Part shown: positions 10,936 through 23,085 of the stretch, piece by piece
Layout: each line of letters begins with the position of its first letter
How positions within the stretch are numbered: position 1 is the stretch's first letter
Assembly (NCBI GenBank): GCA_900088475.1
Contig: FLMG01000513.1
Coordinates: 1-60,021 of the forward strand
Direction of reading: 5' to 3'
DNA from: Hyphochytrium catenoides
Taxonomy: Eukaryota; Protista; Hyphochytriomycota
Length of the DNA stretch: 60,021 bases
The notes under the pieces: model-generated
What the model was told of the DNA's origin: nothing
Seen by the model: the letters and a program-made list of their open reading frames with translations, nothing else
Database searches by the model: none
Made by a program: the position numbers and the translations under genes

Positions 10936-13067
10936 TGAAGCCGCGCTTTTCGTAGCGGCGGCAGCAGAGCCTTAAATCTATTTCTTTCCTTCTTCTTCTT
11001 TATCACTGCATTTACTAGTGTCCTCGCTCCCGTGATGCTCTCTGTCTGCACCACTCGCGAGAGGAGGATGCAAGAGTAACTCACTTGAAACTCACAGCGT
11101 GATTGACCTGAACAGGAGCACCACCAACAACCACGGGTTTAAGCTGTAGCCTATGAAGCAATAATGGGCAAACAAACAGTCCAAGCGTGTCAGGGCCTCG
11201 AGCGGAGCTTCAGAGCACTCCCAGGCTCAGACCTCGGACCAGAGCTCAGAGCTCAGAGCTCATCAGCTGTTAGTCCAGCGATGAACGAAGGTCCCAGTCC
11301 GTGGAAACTAGAGGAACCGCAAGAAGGGAAACTGCGCGAGAACTGAACGCATTTGAAGATCTTATTCTGTAATATACAACATGGCATAAGCTTCTATTAG
11401 GAATAGGAAGGAGGATCGGGAGGATCGGGCTGTGATGTTTCTGGTCCAGGATCGCCAGGTAACGCACGAGACAAATAACGGACAGTCGTTGTCATGATCA
11501 CAGACAGAGAAAGGCTTACTTTATCCAGGCTCCAGTGCTTATTTCTTGCCTTCGACGAGTGTGCAATCCTCTAGCATTCGAAGAGAAGTTGGCGGAGCTC
11601 CGGCCAGTGGCGCTTGCTCTGGGTGTATCAGAGAGCAGTCTGATGGCTCAGTCACCGACGACCGAGGCAGGAAAGCCTCAAAAAACAAGCAATGCCACGA
11701 ATGGGTGGTCACATCACCAAACGATGGCGGAAGTAAGAAGTCGATGTGTTAGGAGCCACCTGCCGCCAAGGCTGCAGGGCATCTAAAGGATTATAAACAA
11801 GGGGCGGCGCCATCGGAAGGTGCATGATCTAGCTGCGCAGCAGGAGAGCGATGCCTGGCAAGCTGTCGCTGGCAGTGTCAGCGGACTGGCCACCTCTCTC
11901 TGTCTAACGCCGCTCTCATGCTTAGTTTGAGGCAGGACCGAGCGGAAGATCAGCTATGGTAGCAGATGTGGGATACTCGAACTAAAGTGGCTACAACTTC
12001 AGACAAGAAACTATGTTTACAAACAAGTAGCGGCAACGGCATAAAGTTAGGGCCGCGTCGTTCGGCACCTAGCACGCATTCAACGGAGGAAAAGGACGTG
12101 GGGGCTGAGGAGACAATGGCACCTAGTCCGACCTCTCTGCTAGAGTGGCATGCTGTACGTAGGATCTTGTTAGTTGGCTTCTCTAAGTGTCAGATATGCA
12201 CTCCATGCCTATTAGAGCTAGAGCTACTTTTCTCACCCCGGTCCGCGCCCACTGTAGCGTCCATGTAATAATTACGGCTCCCTGGCGTCCCCTCGTCTCA
12301 ACGCCCTCTTCCTCCGTTAAGGGGTCGGGGGTTGCGTTGTTCGCGGTCCCAAGTTAAAAACTTGCGACGCCCAACTTCTCTCAAGATGCTAGAGAATCGC
12401 ACTCAAGGAAGGGAAAACTGAATGGTCGAGTGAGGAACCAAGGAACTGCTCCATAGCGAGTAGAGGTTTTGGCAGAGGGCCGTAACAGACATATGAAAGG
12501 CCGTAGTCGGGAAGCGGCTGATAAAATAAGCAGAGACGGCCGTTCAAAACGCCACGTCGCTTGGAGGGCGCAAGAGCGAGAAGATGGAGGTGCTTTTATA
12601 GGAAGAAAGTTCAAGAGACAGCTTGTGTGTGAGTTCCCCTTTCTATGACCAAGCAAGTTATTGGCAACGAGAAGATGTACAGAAGCAAAATTGGTAAGAG
12701 GACGGCGGTGCCTGACATATAAGGAGTTAACATCTGAGTATGACTTCAGCCTCATTGGATGAGAGGAGCTCTCCTTAGAAAAAGAAACTGGCTCCGACAG
12801 AGAAACTCTCAGGACGATCATATATCAACCCATGGATCCAATAAGTAGGAACTCCATCACTACTATGGACAATGGCGCCTTGTCAGCTTTCCCTCGAGGA
12901 CTCAGCAACTGTCATGATGAAGTGATCACCAAGAGTGCAAATAGTTCTTCGCATTCTCCTCACTCGGCCCTACTATTACACTTACAACCAGATGCCCAAG
13001 CTTCTCGATTGAGCACGGTACTCTCTTTCAACTTGTGCGATTCGTTCAGTAAGCTTGTCCATGTCCC

Positions 13068-14665
13068 TCAAATGTAGCGCTCGGCAACAGTCAGAAGTTG
13101 TACAAGCTCGTTTGGACGTAGACAGTAAACAAACGAGCGCCCTTCCCCGATAGTCCAGAAGTCATATCCTCGTTCTGGTACCACAACTGAGGAAGTGTAG
13201 ATCCACGAGAGCAGTGCCTTGATAACGTTAGGCGGATCCTCTTGTGAAGATAATACAGAGTTCATGTTCTCCTTCATCGGAGACTTGAACATCACATCGA
13301 TGACGTCCGATGCAGACATGAGTATCGACTTGTGCGCCTTCACGCTAGTGCCATCCTGAAGGTGGATTGTCACCATCTGAGACTTGTTCAAAGATGAGAC
13401 AGAGACACGTAGTAGCGGCCAAGGAGGCCTTGCGTCGCGGTAGCCCGTTTCGATAGAACACAGCCGTTTGGTGAGGCCAGCTTCAACAAGGACAATGAGG
13501 TCACCATCGTTGTTAAAATGGAGCTGCCTGGCACACATATTCTCGACGTAAAACATCTGCCAGCGCCTGGATGTACCGCCGTAGTGGCCGACAGAACCCA
13601 ACCAGATATACGAACTAGAGCAAGAAGTTTTAGAACTATAGACGTATTCCCAGGCGTAGAGGTAGAACGAAGAAAGGAGGCGCTGGTGCCGGGGATAGCG
13701 TGCACGACCCAAGATGCTGTTCTCAAGGTGAGAGATATCCACTAAGACCTCATATTGGCGTGTCTCGCGAACCACACGAACGCAATCATAATTATGATGC
13801 AGGTCTTTTGCTCGGATCATAGCAAGGGTGTAAGACTTCTTTCTCAGAGGATATAAGGATACACCCTCATCCCGACTCGATTCCACGATGAGCTGCCTCA
13901 TATGACCTTGTACATGTGCAATCTCACGTGTACGCTTCGTCCTCAGGTTGATCTTGATGAGATAACCGTCTAACACCCAAAGTATAGACACAGGTCTGAT
14001 CTCTTATATCCGTGGCATTCATACAGCGATAAACCATGAATTAGCTGCCCAGGTTTGCTTTGGTACACTTTATGAGCACGCCTCCCATATATACCATGTA
14101 TTTCGTAGTGATTGTCTTCAGAAAAGTGTTCAAGGACGTAGATATCGCCATTGCGGTGGTTGACTTCCATTCCCACCGGTGAACTGAGCGTTCCCCGATC
14201 CTCTCTAGCGCCAGTATCTAAATTGACCTGCCAGAGGTGGAGGAACCTCGTCTCGTCGAGTTTGATCTGCCGTTCTCCAGAAGTAGGACAGTCCCATCCG
14301 GGTGCCACTTCACGTCAGTATATCTACCATCTGGAAGGCTAAGGTACTTACGATGACCATACGCCGGCATCTGGTCTTTGCACGAACCGTTGTCTGGAAG
14401 ATGAGAGACTGAATGCAGAGTCCGCAAGCTTCAGAAAGGATCTGATCCATAGTGATAAGCAACCAGGACCAGGAGGACATACATTCGCATCATACCAGTC
14501 GATTGGGGGTTCGTTCTGATGATTATATAAAATAATACCGTAAATAATGGGAGGATTCAGAGACATTAGAGGCTCTATTCCGAATGAACTGTGTTCGCGC
14601 AAAAAGCTTGGATCCTTTCGCCGCCGAAATTTCTTCTCACATGATGTCTCTTGGACTGATGACAT
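13068..14665 (-). pseudogene. Frameshifted gene: beta-propeller-like N-terminal region plus C-terminal BTB/POZ domain
   Basis: BTB motif VTIHLQDGTSVKAHKSILMSASDVIDVMFKSPMKE...IKALLSWIYT...QLLTVAERY. The upstream part is split over overlapping ORFs in different frames (14348-14665, 14218-14427, 13970-14308) with no obvious introns. The propeller call is weak. Confidence 0.6.
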
Positions 14666-14699
14666 CTATGAAGGTCCAGACAAAGCAACAGGTGGGAAG

Positions 14700-16026
14700 A
14701 GAAACGGAGTGATGGTGGAAGAAGAGTGAAGAACAACAGCCGAAGGGGAAGGCAACGACAGTTGCGGGAGGACTCTGTCTACCCAGAAAGGGAGCGGCAG
14801 GCAATGGGGATGTGATGCGCAATCGGAGGATACAGATTCGCAGTTCCAGCAGGCAGAGAAGAGGCCAAAAGAATCCAACGATCAAGATATTTCGTTGAGG
14901 AATATCGTGAAAGGAGAGAGACAGGCCAATATGATCAGCAAGCAACCAACGCGAGACAACCAACAATACCTTGAAACAAAGGGAGCCAGAATGCTATACC
15001 AAGGAGAAGCAGACGCATTCGGTGAAGCAGAGAAAGAGCAGCAGACGGTCAGGAGAGACGACGAGCCAAGCGCCAGAAGGTAGCAAGAAAGACATGTATT
15101 TCTCAGGAGGCAGACGAGAACAGAAATAGAGCAGTATAGCTTGGCAGGAGTAGGTGACGGGTCCGAAGAAGAAGATGGATATGGTCAAAAGTAATGCCTA
15201 TCTACCATGACTCTCTTCATCCACAATAGGGGCGGCAGGTACTCAAGTCTCCTGCTATGCAGTAGCCAACACATTAGGCCCCATGGCAACGATGCTACCA
15301 ACGAGCGCAGTGGGAATCATCCGCGTGATCCTTGCGGGTGCAATGACAGCAGAGCGGAAAGTTGTGGCAAAAGAGCCATATCTAGCAGGAATGCCTGCTG
15401 ATACGGCGGCGTTGTAGTTCTTGAAAGGCCAAGACAGACAAGACTGTCCTCTTAATAACCGTTCCTACAGAGCGGTCGAACTCGGAGAGGCTCAGAGAGC
15501 TTTTAGAACAGAAGGAAAGAGACTGGACCGCTGTTGCCTATAAATTTCGTCTGACACTTATGCATTTGTCCGTATGATAGTTGACAGGACGCGAAGGACA
15601 GTAGCGCCCCCGTACCTCCAAGGGTCGTGGATGAACTGGAAGAAGCTGGATACAGCGATAGGAAGCAGCGTGACCAAAACACTACTTCTCTCATCACGTC
15701 CCACACGACTTGCTCCAGAACAGAAGAGACGTATGTCTTTCGAAGGTCCAATCTTTTTCTTGACAAGTAACGCGACGGTGGTGGCAGATATTTTCCGAAC
15801 TCCACCGCCGTGGGGAATAGGAGGTCCGGATGAGCGAAGAAGAACTCCTATATCGTTGAAAGCTTGGGTGTGTCACGTTCTAATGTTATCGAGTAGACAG
15901 TTCCCAAGACACCATTCATTTTCCCTCGTCATGTTCAATTGGCTGGCTCGCTCATCTTCTTGCGATAGCAGCCGGGTTTCCAACCACCGGGCACTGAGTG
16001 AGAATGCAGAAACAAAGGATCCCTAG
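14700..16026 (+). mobile_element. Degenerate Helitron-type RepHel fragment (DUF6570 and Helitron_like_N regions), left copy
   Basis: Broken translation includes GPMATMLP...VILAGAMT...AAL*FLK (DUF6570-like) and PWGIGGPDERRRTPISLKAWVCHVLMLSSRQFPRHHSFSLVMFNWLAR (Helitron N-terminal P.G.GG...RF.RH..F...FN motif). Contains stops and frameshifts. Confidence 0.65.
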
Positions 16027-16168
16027 TACGATAGCGCAGCTCCTCAGTAGTAAAAGCTGGGGTCAACCTTGCTCTCTGCAATGAAAGGATAACCAATGTC
16101 CTGAGGCAACTTCCCAAGGTCGGTTAGTGCCGCGAGACCCATTTCCTGGTGCGGCCTGCCGCCGAGCT

Positions 16169-16212
16169 CCACCACGGTCAGGAGTTCACTCCACCACGGT
16201 CAGGAGTTCACT
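16169..16212 (+). repeat. ~21-bp tandem duplication (CCACCACGGTCAGGAGTTCAC)x2 in the spacer between the inverted arms
   Basis: Read directly from the sequence. Confidence 0.8.
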
Positions 16213-16339
16213 TCGCTTCTAAACGTGAAAGCTGCTATACAGAGTTCCGCAGAACAGAAGCTATTCAACGGAGAGTGGTGCGCATCAACGCTGAGGTTGT
16301 GAATGCCGAAAGACTTGGATTTCCCAATAAGCCAGCCGG

Positions 16340-18230
16340 GTGTCTTGCGAAATGTCTAGTTGATAGCTTTAAAACATGAGAAGACACCAAAGCTTTCAAC
16401 GATATAGAAGTTCTTCTTCGCTCAAGCATCCGAACCTCCTCCTCTTCCCCACGGCAATAGAGTTGGGAAGAAATCTGCAACCACCGCCGCGTTACTGTTC
16501 AGAAAAAGGTTGGACCTCCGGAAGACGTACGTCTCTTCTGTTCTGAAGCAAGTGGTGTGGGACGTGATGAGAGAAGTAGCTGTTTGGTCACCCTGCGTGC
16601 TATCGCTGTATTCAGCTTGTCGCCAGTCCATTTACGACCCTTGGAGGTACAGGGACGTTAATGTCCTCTGTCCTGTCAACTATGACACCTACACATCATG
16701 TACCAATGTCAGACTAAAATCTAAGCAACAGCGGTTCAGTCTCTTTCCTTCTGGTCTACAAGCTCTCTGAGCCTCTCCGAGTTCGACCGCTCTGTAGTGA
16801 TGGATATTAAGAGGACAGTTTTGTCTGTCTTTGCCTTCAAGAACTGCAACGCCGCCGTAACAGCAGGCATTCTTGCTAGATAGTATAGCTCCTTTCCCTC
16901 AAGTTTCTGCTCTGCTGTCATTGCACCTGCAACGCTCACGCCGATGCTCCCCACTGCACTCGTTGGTAGCATTGTTGCCATGGGGCCCGATATGTTGGCT
17001 ACTGCATAGCAGTGTGACTTTAGTACCTGCCTCCTCTATTGTGGATGAAGAGAGTCATGTTTGATAGGCATTACTTTTGTGCTTCTTACCGAAGTGGACG
17101 GTGGACTTGAGGACAGCTGGTGATATATAACAAGTCTTCTTCCGTCCGAGTCAGGACTGGCAGCTCTGCAGGCCAGTGATAGCAACAACGACGAACTTGG
17201 GAGTCTTTGATCCTTCACAGGTGAGCGAAGCACGGCCTGCAAATGATTGCTTCTACCTGGACTATTCCCGTCCTCAAAGCTTTCTAGAGAAGCCTGTGAC
17301 ACCACATTGTTTTCTTAGTGCGTGGAATTAGTGAAAGTCTGGCCTTCCTGTACCTTGCTTCGATGAACAGAAAGGCTTCAGTCGTAAGTCATGAACTGAT
17401 GCATCGTACTGTTTCAACAGGGAAGGTCCTCTGAGGGCCGCAGCACGTCAAACTTCTGGACAGACCACGAGTGTTACTATTATGTGGATGAGCATATCAT
17501 AATAACGAACAGCCTCACCTTATTGCAAAGTTCATGCACTACATGTGGTTGGCACTCCTGAAAAGAAGAATTTGCCCGACACAGAGCATCAATCCCATAC
17601 ACAACAGAATCCCATACACAACAGGGTTGCGTATGATAGTCGACAACCTCAATTCGTAGTGCACGAACCGATGACACGGTTCTGATGCTCTGATGATGCA
17701 TCAAGAACTAAAGCCGTTCAGAAGAGGTCCATGACGATATCTACCTTGCTCATTATCTTCTTCGGACCCGTCAACTAACCCTGCCAAGCGATAGTGCTCT
17801 ATGTCTACTTCTTTGTCGCCGCCTTCTGACAAACGCTCTGCTACTGCTCCATCTCTGCTTCTTCACGGAATGCCTGTGACTCTCGGTGGTGTTGCTTCTG
17901 ACCCTTCTTTCCTCACAGTAATGCTGGTTCGTTGTCTCGTCGCTGATGCATTCTGGTCGTAGTATCGCCTCTCTTTCTGTCACGAAAGCTCTCCCCATGT
18001 TGTGTCCTCTTCTCTCTTCCTGCTGGAACTGCGTCAGCGACCCTCCGATTGCTAATCCTCGCCCTGGTGGCCTTTCCCTCTGCCTGCTGGAACTGCGGAG
18101 GGTCTGTCATTCTCCGACTGCGCATCCTATCCCTATCATTGCTTTGCGCACCACATGCTGTCCTCTTTCATCTCGATAAGAAGCAGGATCCTTCCGCCGC
18201 CGGCGCAACTCATGTCGTTTGCTTGCGTTC
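16340..18230 (-). mobile_element. Degenerate Helitron-type RepHel fragment, right copy (inverted relative to the left copy)
   Basis: Its reverse complement aligns by eye with 14700-15915. Translation includes SHCYAVANISGPMATMLP...ARMPAVTAALQFLKAK, DFFPTLLPWGRGG and ISLKALVSSHVLKLSTRHFARHP. Confidence 0.65.
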
Positions 18231-19400
18231 TGACTCTTCTCCACGCTGCAAGAGCTATCAAGGATCATGCTCTTAACGTGCTTGCTATCTACGATAGGTG
18301 AGAGATATCTAGGATAGCGCTCATTGTATGCTTGCTATTTACGATAGACGAGAGCTAGATGCAGAAGCAGTACCATGCTGGGAATGTAACGGACACAGGA
18401 AGGAAGGAACCCCTCTCATGCCCTCCTCCTTGTGCTGTCAGGCCTGCCAGCCATTGTGTCGACCTGTGGCAAGGAATCCTGCCCGATCTGCCTGAGACAG
18501 CACCTCCACACTCTTTCTTCCCACCTGCCTCCAGTGGCCAGTAGACAGTGGCAGGTAGTAGCCAGCAAGCAGCAGATCCCGCCCTCGCTTCTCCTCTGAC
18601 GCCAAAGAGTTGGCTGGCTGGTTAGGTTGCTAGGAACTAGTAGGCTCCCAGTCATGGTGCTATGAAGCTCTTTAGTGTCAAAGATGGCGTCCTTCTCGAT
18701 GTGCACGAACGGTCCCACAAGCCCTTCTTCTTGCTGCTGGTCTACCTTCTAGTTTACTAGTATTGGATGCCACTCTGGTTGCTGCTGCCATCTGGGGGAG
18801 GCCCATCCTAAGGGGCAAACTCATGAAACATCTTCCTTCTCATATCATGGCATCCTCTCTTTGTTGTTTCCCTCTCTCTAGACAAAAATGCCCTTCCAAC
18901 GGCTAAACATAAGGATGGGCTTGCACTTCTGCTATCTGAGGGATTACTTAGCTCCTCTCCTTGTGATGCAGCTCTGGCAGCTCATTGTCTTGTTGTCCAC
19001 CGGTAACTCTCTAGCGTCCTGCTATTCTCAATCGGTAGCACCTTCTTGGCTCTTGATGCAGACATGACCTTTAGCAGTTGTTTCTTAGAGCGTTCCTCTC
19101 CTATCCTTCGCCTAGCAGCACTGCCCTTGCTAGAAAAAAGCATGAGATAGACACCCATAATTAGCCTTCTCGGTCTCTACTACTGCTGATTACTCGTCTT
19201 TGTTGATGCAAGAAGTAGTAGAGAAGAAAGAAGAAGAGCTGGGTTTCAGTGTGGTCCTGACTCCTCTCAATCAGGCCTTCCTACGTTCTTTGGAGTTAGC
19301 AGAGTGTAGCACCGATGATTGCGCCTGTCTAGTCTGATAATACCTGGGACTATGTAGCCAGTCATTGATTGCACTAACGACGGCGAGGAGGGCGAGAGCG

Positions 19401-21421
19401 ATGGGAAACGTTAGGCAACGGCTTTGGGAGCTATGCTCTCTGATGACCTTTTGCCTCTGGGCACTGGTTTATTCCTTCATTGTAGCCATGGGCATTCTCT
19501 TCACGTTCAAGCTCTTGGTCTTCACCTATCCACACTGTTCCAACCACAACGAGTCACAATGTTCAGACCAATCGCCAGCTGCCCCATTTGTCTCCTCCTT
19601 ATCAACGTCCTCTGCACCTAGCCCTCTCCCGTCCTTAGATCCTATAGAACTAGTCCATCGGATGCAGAACTCGCTGGGCGGCATCCTCTACCAGATTCTC
19701 CTAGACGGAGGGGCAGCTAACTGCTGTCCATCAGTGTACGTCATCATCACAGCGGGATACCGAGTAAGGAGCTTACTGCAGAATGCGAAGTGGACTCTTC
19801 GAGCCAACGTCTCTGCCATAATCTTGCATGCTTTAATAGGGCTGATCATGATCTACGTGCATCATCTGGCCGCCCTTGGAGGGCGCCTACTGGTGACAAT
19901 TCTGGTCGTTTTCGACTCTTACTCTTTGGCCGCATATCTACGCAAAGAAAGAAAGGCTCTCCTCAACATGCTGGATGAGGATGCGTCTGACTCTCCAGCT
20001 TGTAACCCTGCCGAGACACCTGTCCAAAGCCAACAACCTTCTTCTTCGAATCCTATCACCCAGACCGCTGCCCCAGGTCCAATGGTTACGGAAAAGCAGA
20101 GGAGGAGAAAGGGAACTTCAGGCTGGCGTCTGGTAGGGTTGGTCCTCCTGCCCGTGCTTTTTGGCTTCAGCGGTGCCATAATCCTTGCAGAGGTGATCTT
20201 TCCTTTACACGTCAGGCTCATGGCATCCTCCTCCATTCCTCCGTGGGTGAAGTTCATCCTTACGAGTGTGTTACTACCCTTCGGGGCCATGGTCTCCCAG
20301 ACCGCCATCCGTCTCCAAGGCTACATTCTGCACGATCAGGACTACTTTCAGCGGCGAAGAATGCGCACGAACTGGTTTCCCTCTGCCGTGTTGGTGGTAG
20401 TTGTCTTAAGCTGCGGGCAGCGGATGATGGACATCTCCGACGACGCAAACTTTCTCTATCTCACTGTCTTATCTGCGGCCATTTCTGTGGCTGGCCTGAT
20501 CTCTGTTTCTGTGCGCGATGCTGTTTCTGAGCGCTCGTGGCGGATAGTGCTCACCCGGCGCGGGGCTTTCAGTGCCAGAGGCCAGAAGGTGCAGGCACTC
20601 ATTGTGACCAACAACCTATGCACTCCTACACCAAGGACCGGGCCTCCCCTTCCTTCCTCCGATGGCTTTGCTTTGGCAAAGGCAGAAGTTAAAGATCCAT
20701 CCGATTTGCTATTTGCGAAGGAGAGGCAAGACTCGAATGCTGCCCGTGCTGAGAAAGCTGGTAGGAAGANNNNNNNNNNNNNNNNNNNNNNNNNNNNNNN
20801 NNNNNNNNNNNNNCCGCTGCCCAAGATGACGGGAACGGCAAGATAGGTAGAGACAAGCAAGAGAAGAGGACAGAATCGGGACTGCTGCATTGCTCCAAGG
20901 GCATTTTTGGGCAACTGAAGATGCGAACAGGACGCGAAGTACATTATACGAAAAGCTTTCGGTGTTCTTCCCTGCAGGAGGTTTGGATTCTCTACGTCTT
21001 TGCCGTGATGTTCTCTAGCTATGTCAGCATAGGGGTTGTCGCGGGTGTTCGGGTGATGTCCACTTTGATCCTGACTGCCATCTCCCCCTCCTGCTCGTCG
21101 CTGATGGAATCCGAGGTTGAGCTTATCCTTCATATCTTGGTGGCCGCATTGCCGAGAGTTCTGTTTCAAGCTCTGGTTGCCTGGGTACAGTCTCTGTTGG
21201 TGATGGGGATCCTTCGCAAGGCCTATGATATCAACCTTTTGGCGGAGTGGAGCGCCACGCCGAGGCATTATTTCTGGCCTACCATCGCCCTTGTGATGTT
21301 GCTTGGTGGGGCTTACTTTTGTCCTTGGTGCTTGATCTATGCGGTAGAGCGGATGGTAATGATAGCCGGAGGAAATCCTGCTATTAGGTGTGAAGGAGGC
21401 CTCCTTCTCCTCAACGATTAG
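19401..21421 (+). CDS. Multi-pass (~11 TM) membrane protein of unknown family, paralogue A; spans an assembly gap
   Basis: Colinear with the 727-aa ORF at 23086-25263. The frame is open from just after the N gap (20816) into ORF 20921-21421. No introns. Confidence 0.8.
20770..20813. other. Assembly gap (44 N)
   Basis: Run of N in the sequence. Confidence 1.
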
Positions 21422-23085
21422 TAGTAGGAGGTAGTAGTGCGTAAGCGAAGAGAAGATAGGAGAGGTTCTGAGGGCGGACTAGAAGGTTACGGTCTTCTGC
21501 CAGATGGAAAGGGGTTGCCTTCTGTTCCTGGGATTGAGAGGACAAAGCAAGAACCTTGGCAAGGCTTGGAGACGTCAGTAAGCTCACCTTAGCATCGACA
21601 GTACCCTGCCATTGCTGGGCCGTGAGTGGCTTCTTCTCTACAGTTGTGACCTTCAGCGCTGTCAAATAGAGAAGCAGCATCAAAAACTGCTGTACATTAG
21701 CGTGAACTGCACAGCACCCTGATGGTACCAGTGGTCAATCGGTCGCAGCACGCGGTGGAGTCGTATAATAGATGATGTCCTGGCGAGCAGTATATCATAT
21801 TTAGTGTCTAGGCTAGGCCATTATAATAGTAGCAGATCTACCATGAAGGGGTTAGCTGCAAGAGCGAAGTGCACACTATGAGGACAAGTCCCGACGCGAG
21901 CATCACTTGGGAATCCACGGCTTATCTAGAAAGCGAATATCATAAGGAGAGTGTCCCCATTCTCTGTTGATCAGGTTCATATTTTTTTTCTTCTGAAATG
22001 TGGCCAGACTACAGCTAGGCAGCACGGCCTGGCCTGGACCCGTACGCCCTCTTATTTCTCTTAGAAGTTGTTTCACAAGTACAGGCGCTGCAATCCCTAG
22101 CATGTCTTCTAGCACTTGATGTCCGTCATTAGTCCACATAAGCAGCTTCACCAGTTCTTCACCCATGACAATAAAACCTCGCTTGACGCTTTTCCAGCAC
22201 GTGAGCCAACGGTTAGATGAGTCTCCAGCCCTTTGTTCAAGTATGCTGAAAGGCAAAGCTGCTGCTCAACCTATCACTGCCAAGCATTGCATTCCCTTGG
22301 CCCCTGCCTCTCTTGGCAGCTCCTCTTCAATCCCCTTCGCCTATGTATCAGTGCTTGGGCTCTTCTTCACACAAGTATCGCCTTCCCCATCTTGGTAGAA
22401 CCACCTCTGCTTCTGATCCGGGTCTCCTTTCAATGATCTCCTCCTTCTTGCACCTAAGCTATGGTCCCGCGGGCCCCGGGTCCCTATTCCCAGATTTAAT
22501 GGGTGCGCTTGTGAGGTTCTTCAGTTCCTCTTTGTCATGCAGCTTATCATGCTGTCGGTTATCGTCAACCTGCTGCAACAGCAGCACTGAGAAGAGAGCA
22601 ACGGACGAGCGAACGAAAATAGTGGTGGACGCCAGTCCCGCAGTCAACAGACGCTAGTGCGCCATCGCTAAGCTGTTGCTTATGGGTCACTTAGAACGCC
22701 CAGGCTGGTGAAGCTTAAAGAGGAAGTTCTCGACTGAGTTTTGTGCCCTCCTCAAACCTCCTGCCTGTCGATAAAGTAGTAGTAGCTCTGCTCCGGGGTC
22801 TTGGTGTCTTCAACGATGAATCCATTGTCCAGCCAGGCATGTCGTGAATAGGTGCTACCTCTCGTCTCGGCGCCCTCTAAATCAAGGACTGTCAGGAAAT
22901 CATACCCTGAACCTCTAGTATCCAAACCATTGGGAGTAAATAAAATGCCCAATCCTCAAAGGGTCCGGATTGTCCCCTTCACTGTGGTTCTTGGTGAGAG
23001 AAGGAGTGCCATTTCTTCTCATTTCTCCCGCTCATGACCTTCCTTTAGATAGGTAGCACCAGACAGTTGCAGCTCTTGATTATAT

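Noticed and set aside
11239-11262. (CAGAGCT)x3 short tandem repeat
   Set aside because: Too short; no spacers; ordinary slippage repeat.
12346-12368. Small hairpin GTCCCAAGTT-AAA-AACTTGCGAC as a Helitron 3' hairpin
   Set aside because: No properly spaced CTRR terminus; could occur by chance.
16023-16026. CTAG at the end of the left Helitron-like arm as a true 3' terminus
   Set aside because: No convincing subterminal hairpin, and the RepHel is truncated well before Rep/helicase motifs.
18280-18360. Imperfect ~30-bp direct repeat (TGCTTGCTAT.TACGATAG..GAGAG) resembling a repeat-spacer unit
   Set aside because: Only two copies in a eukaryotic context with no cas genes; not CRISPR.
21430-23050. 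Coding-like fragments between the membrane paralogues (similar tracts at 18360-19300 and 26200-26950)
   Set aside because: Stop-riddled with no recognisable domain; cannot be called.
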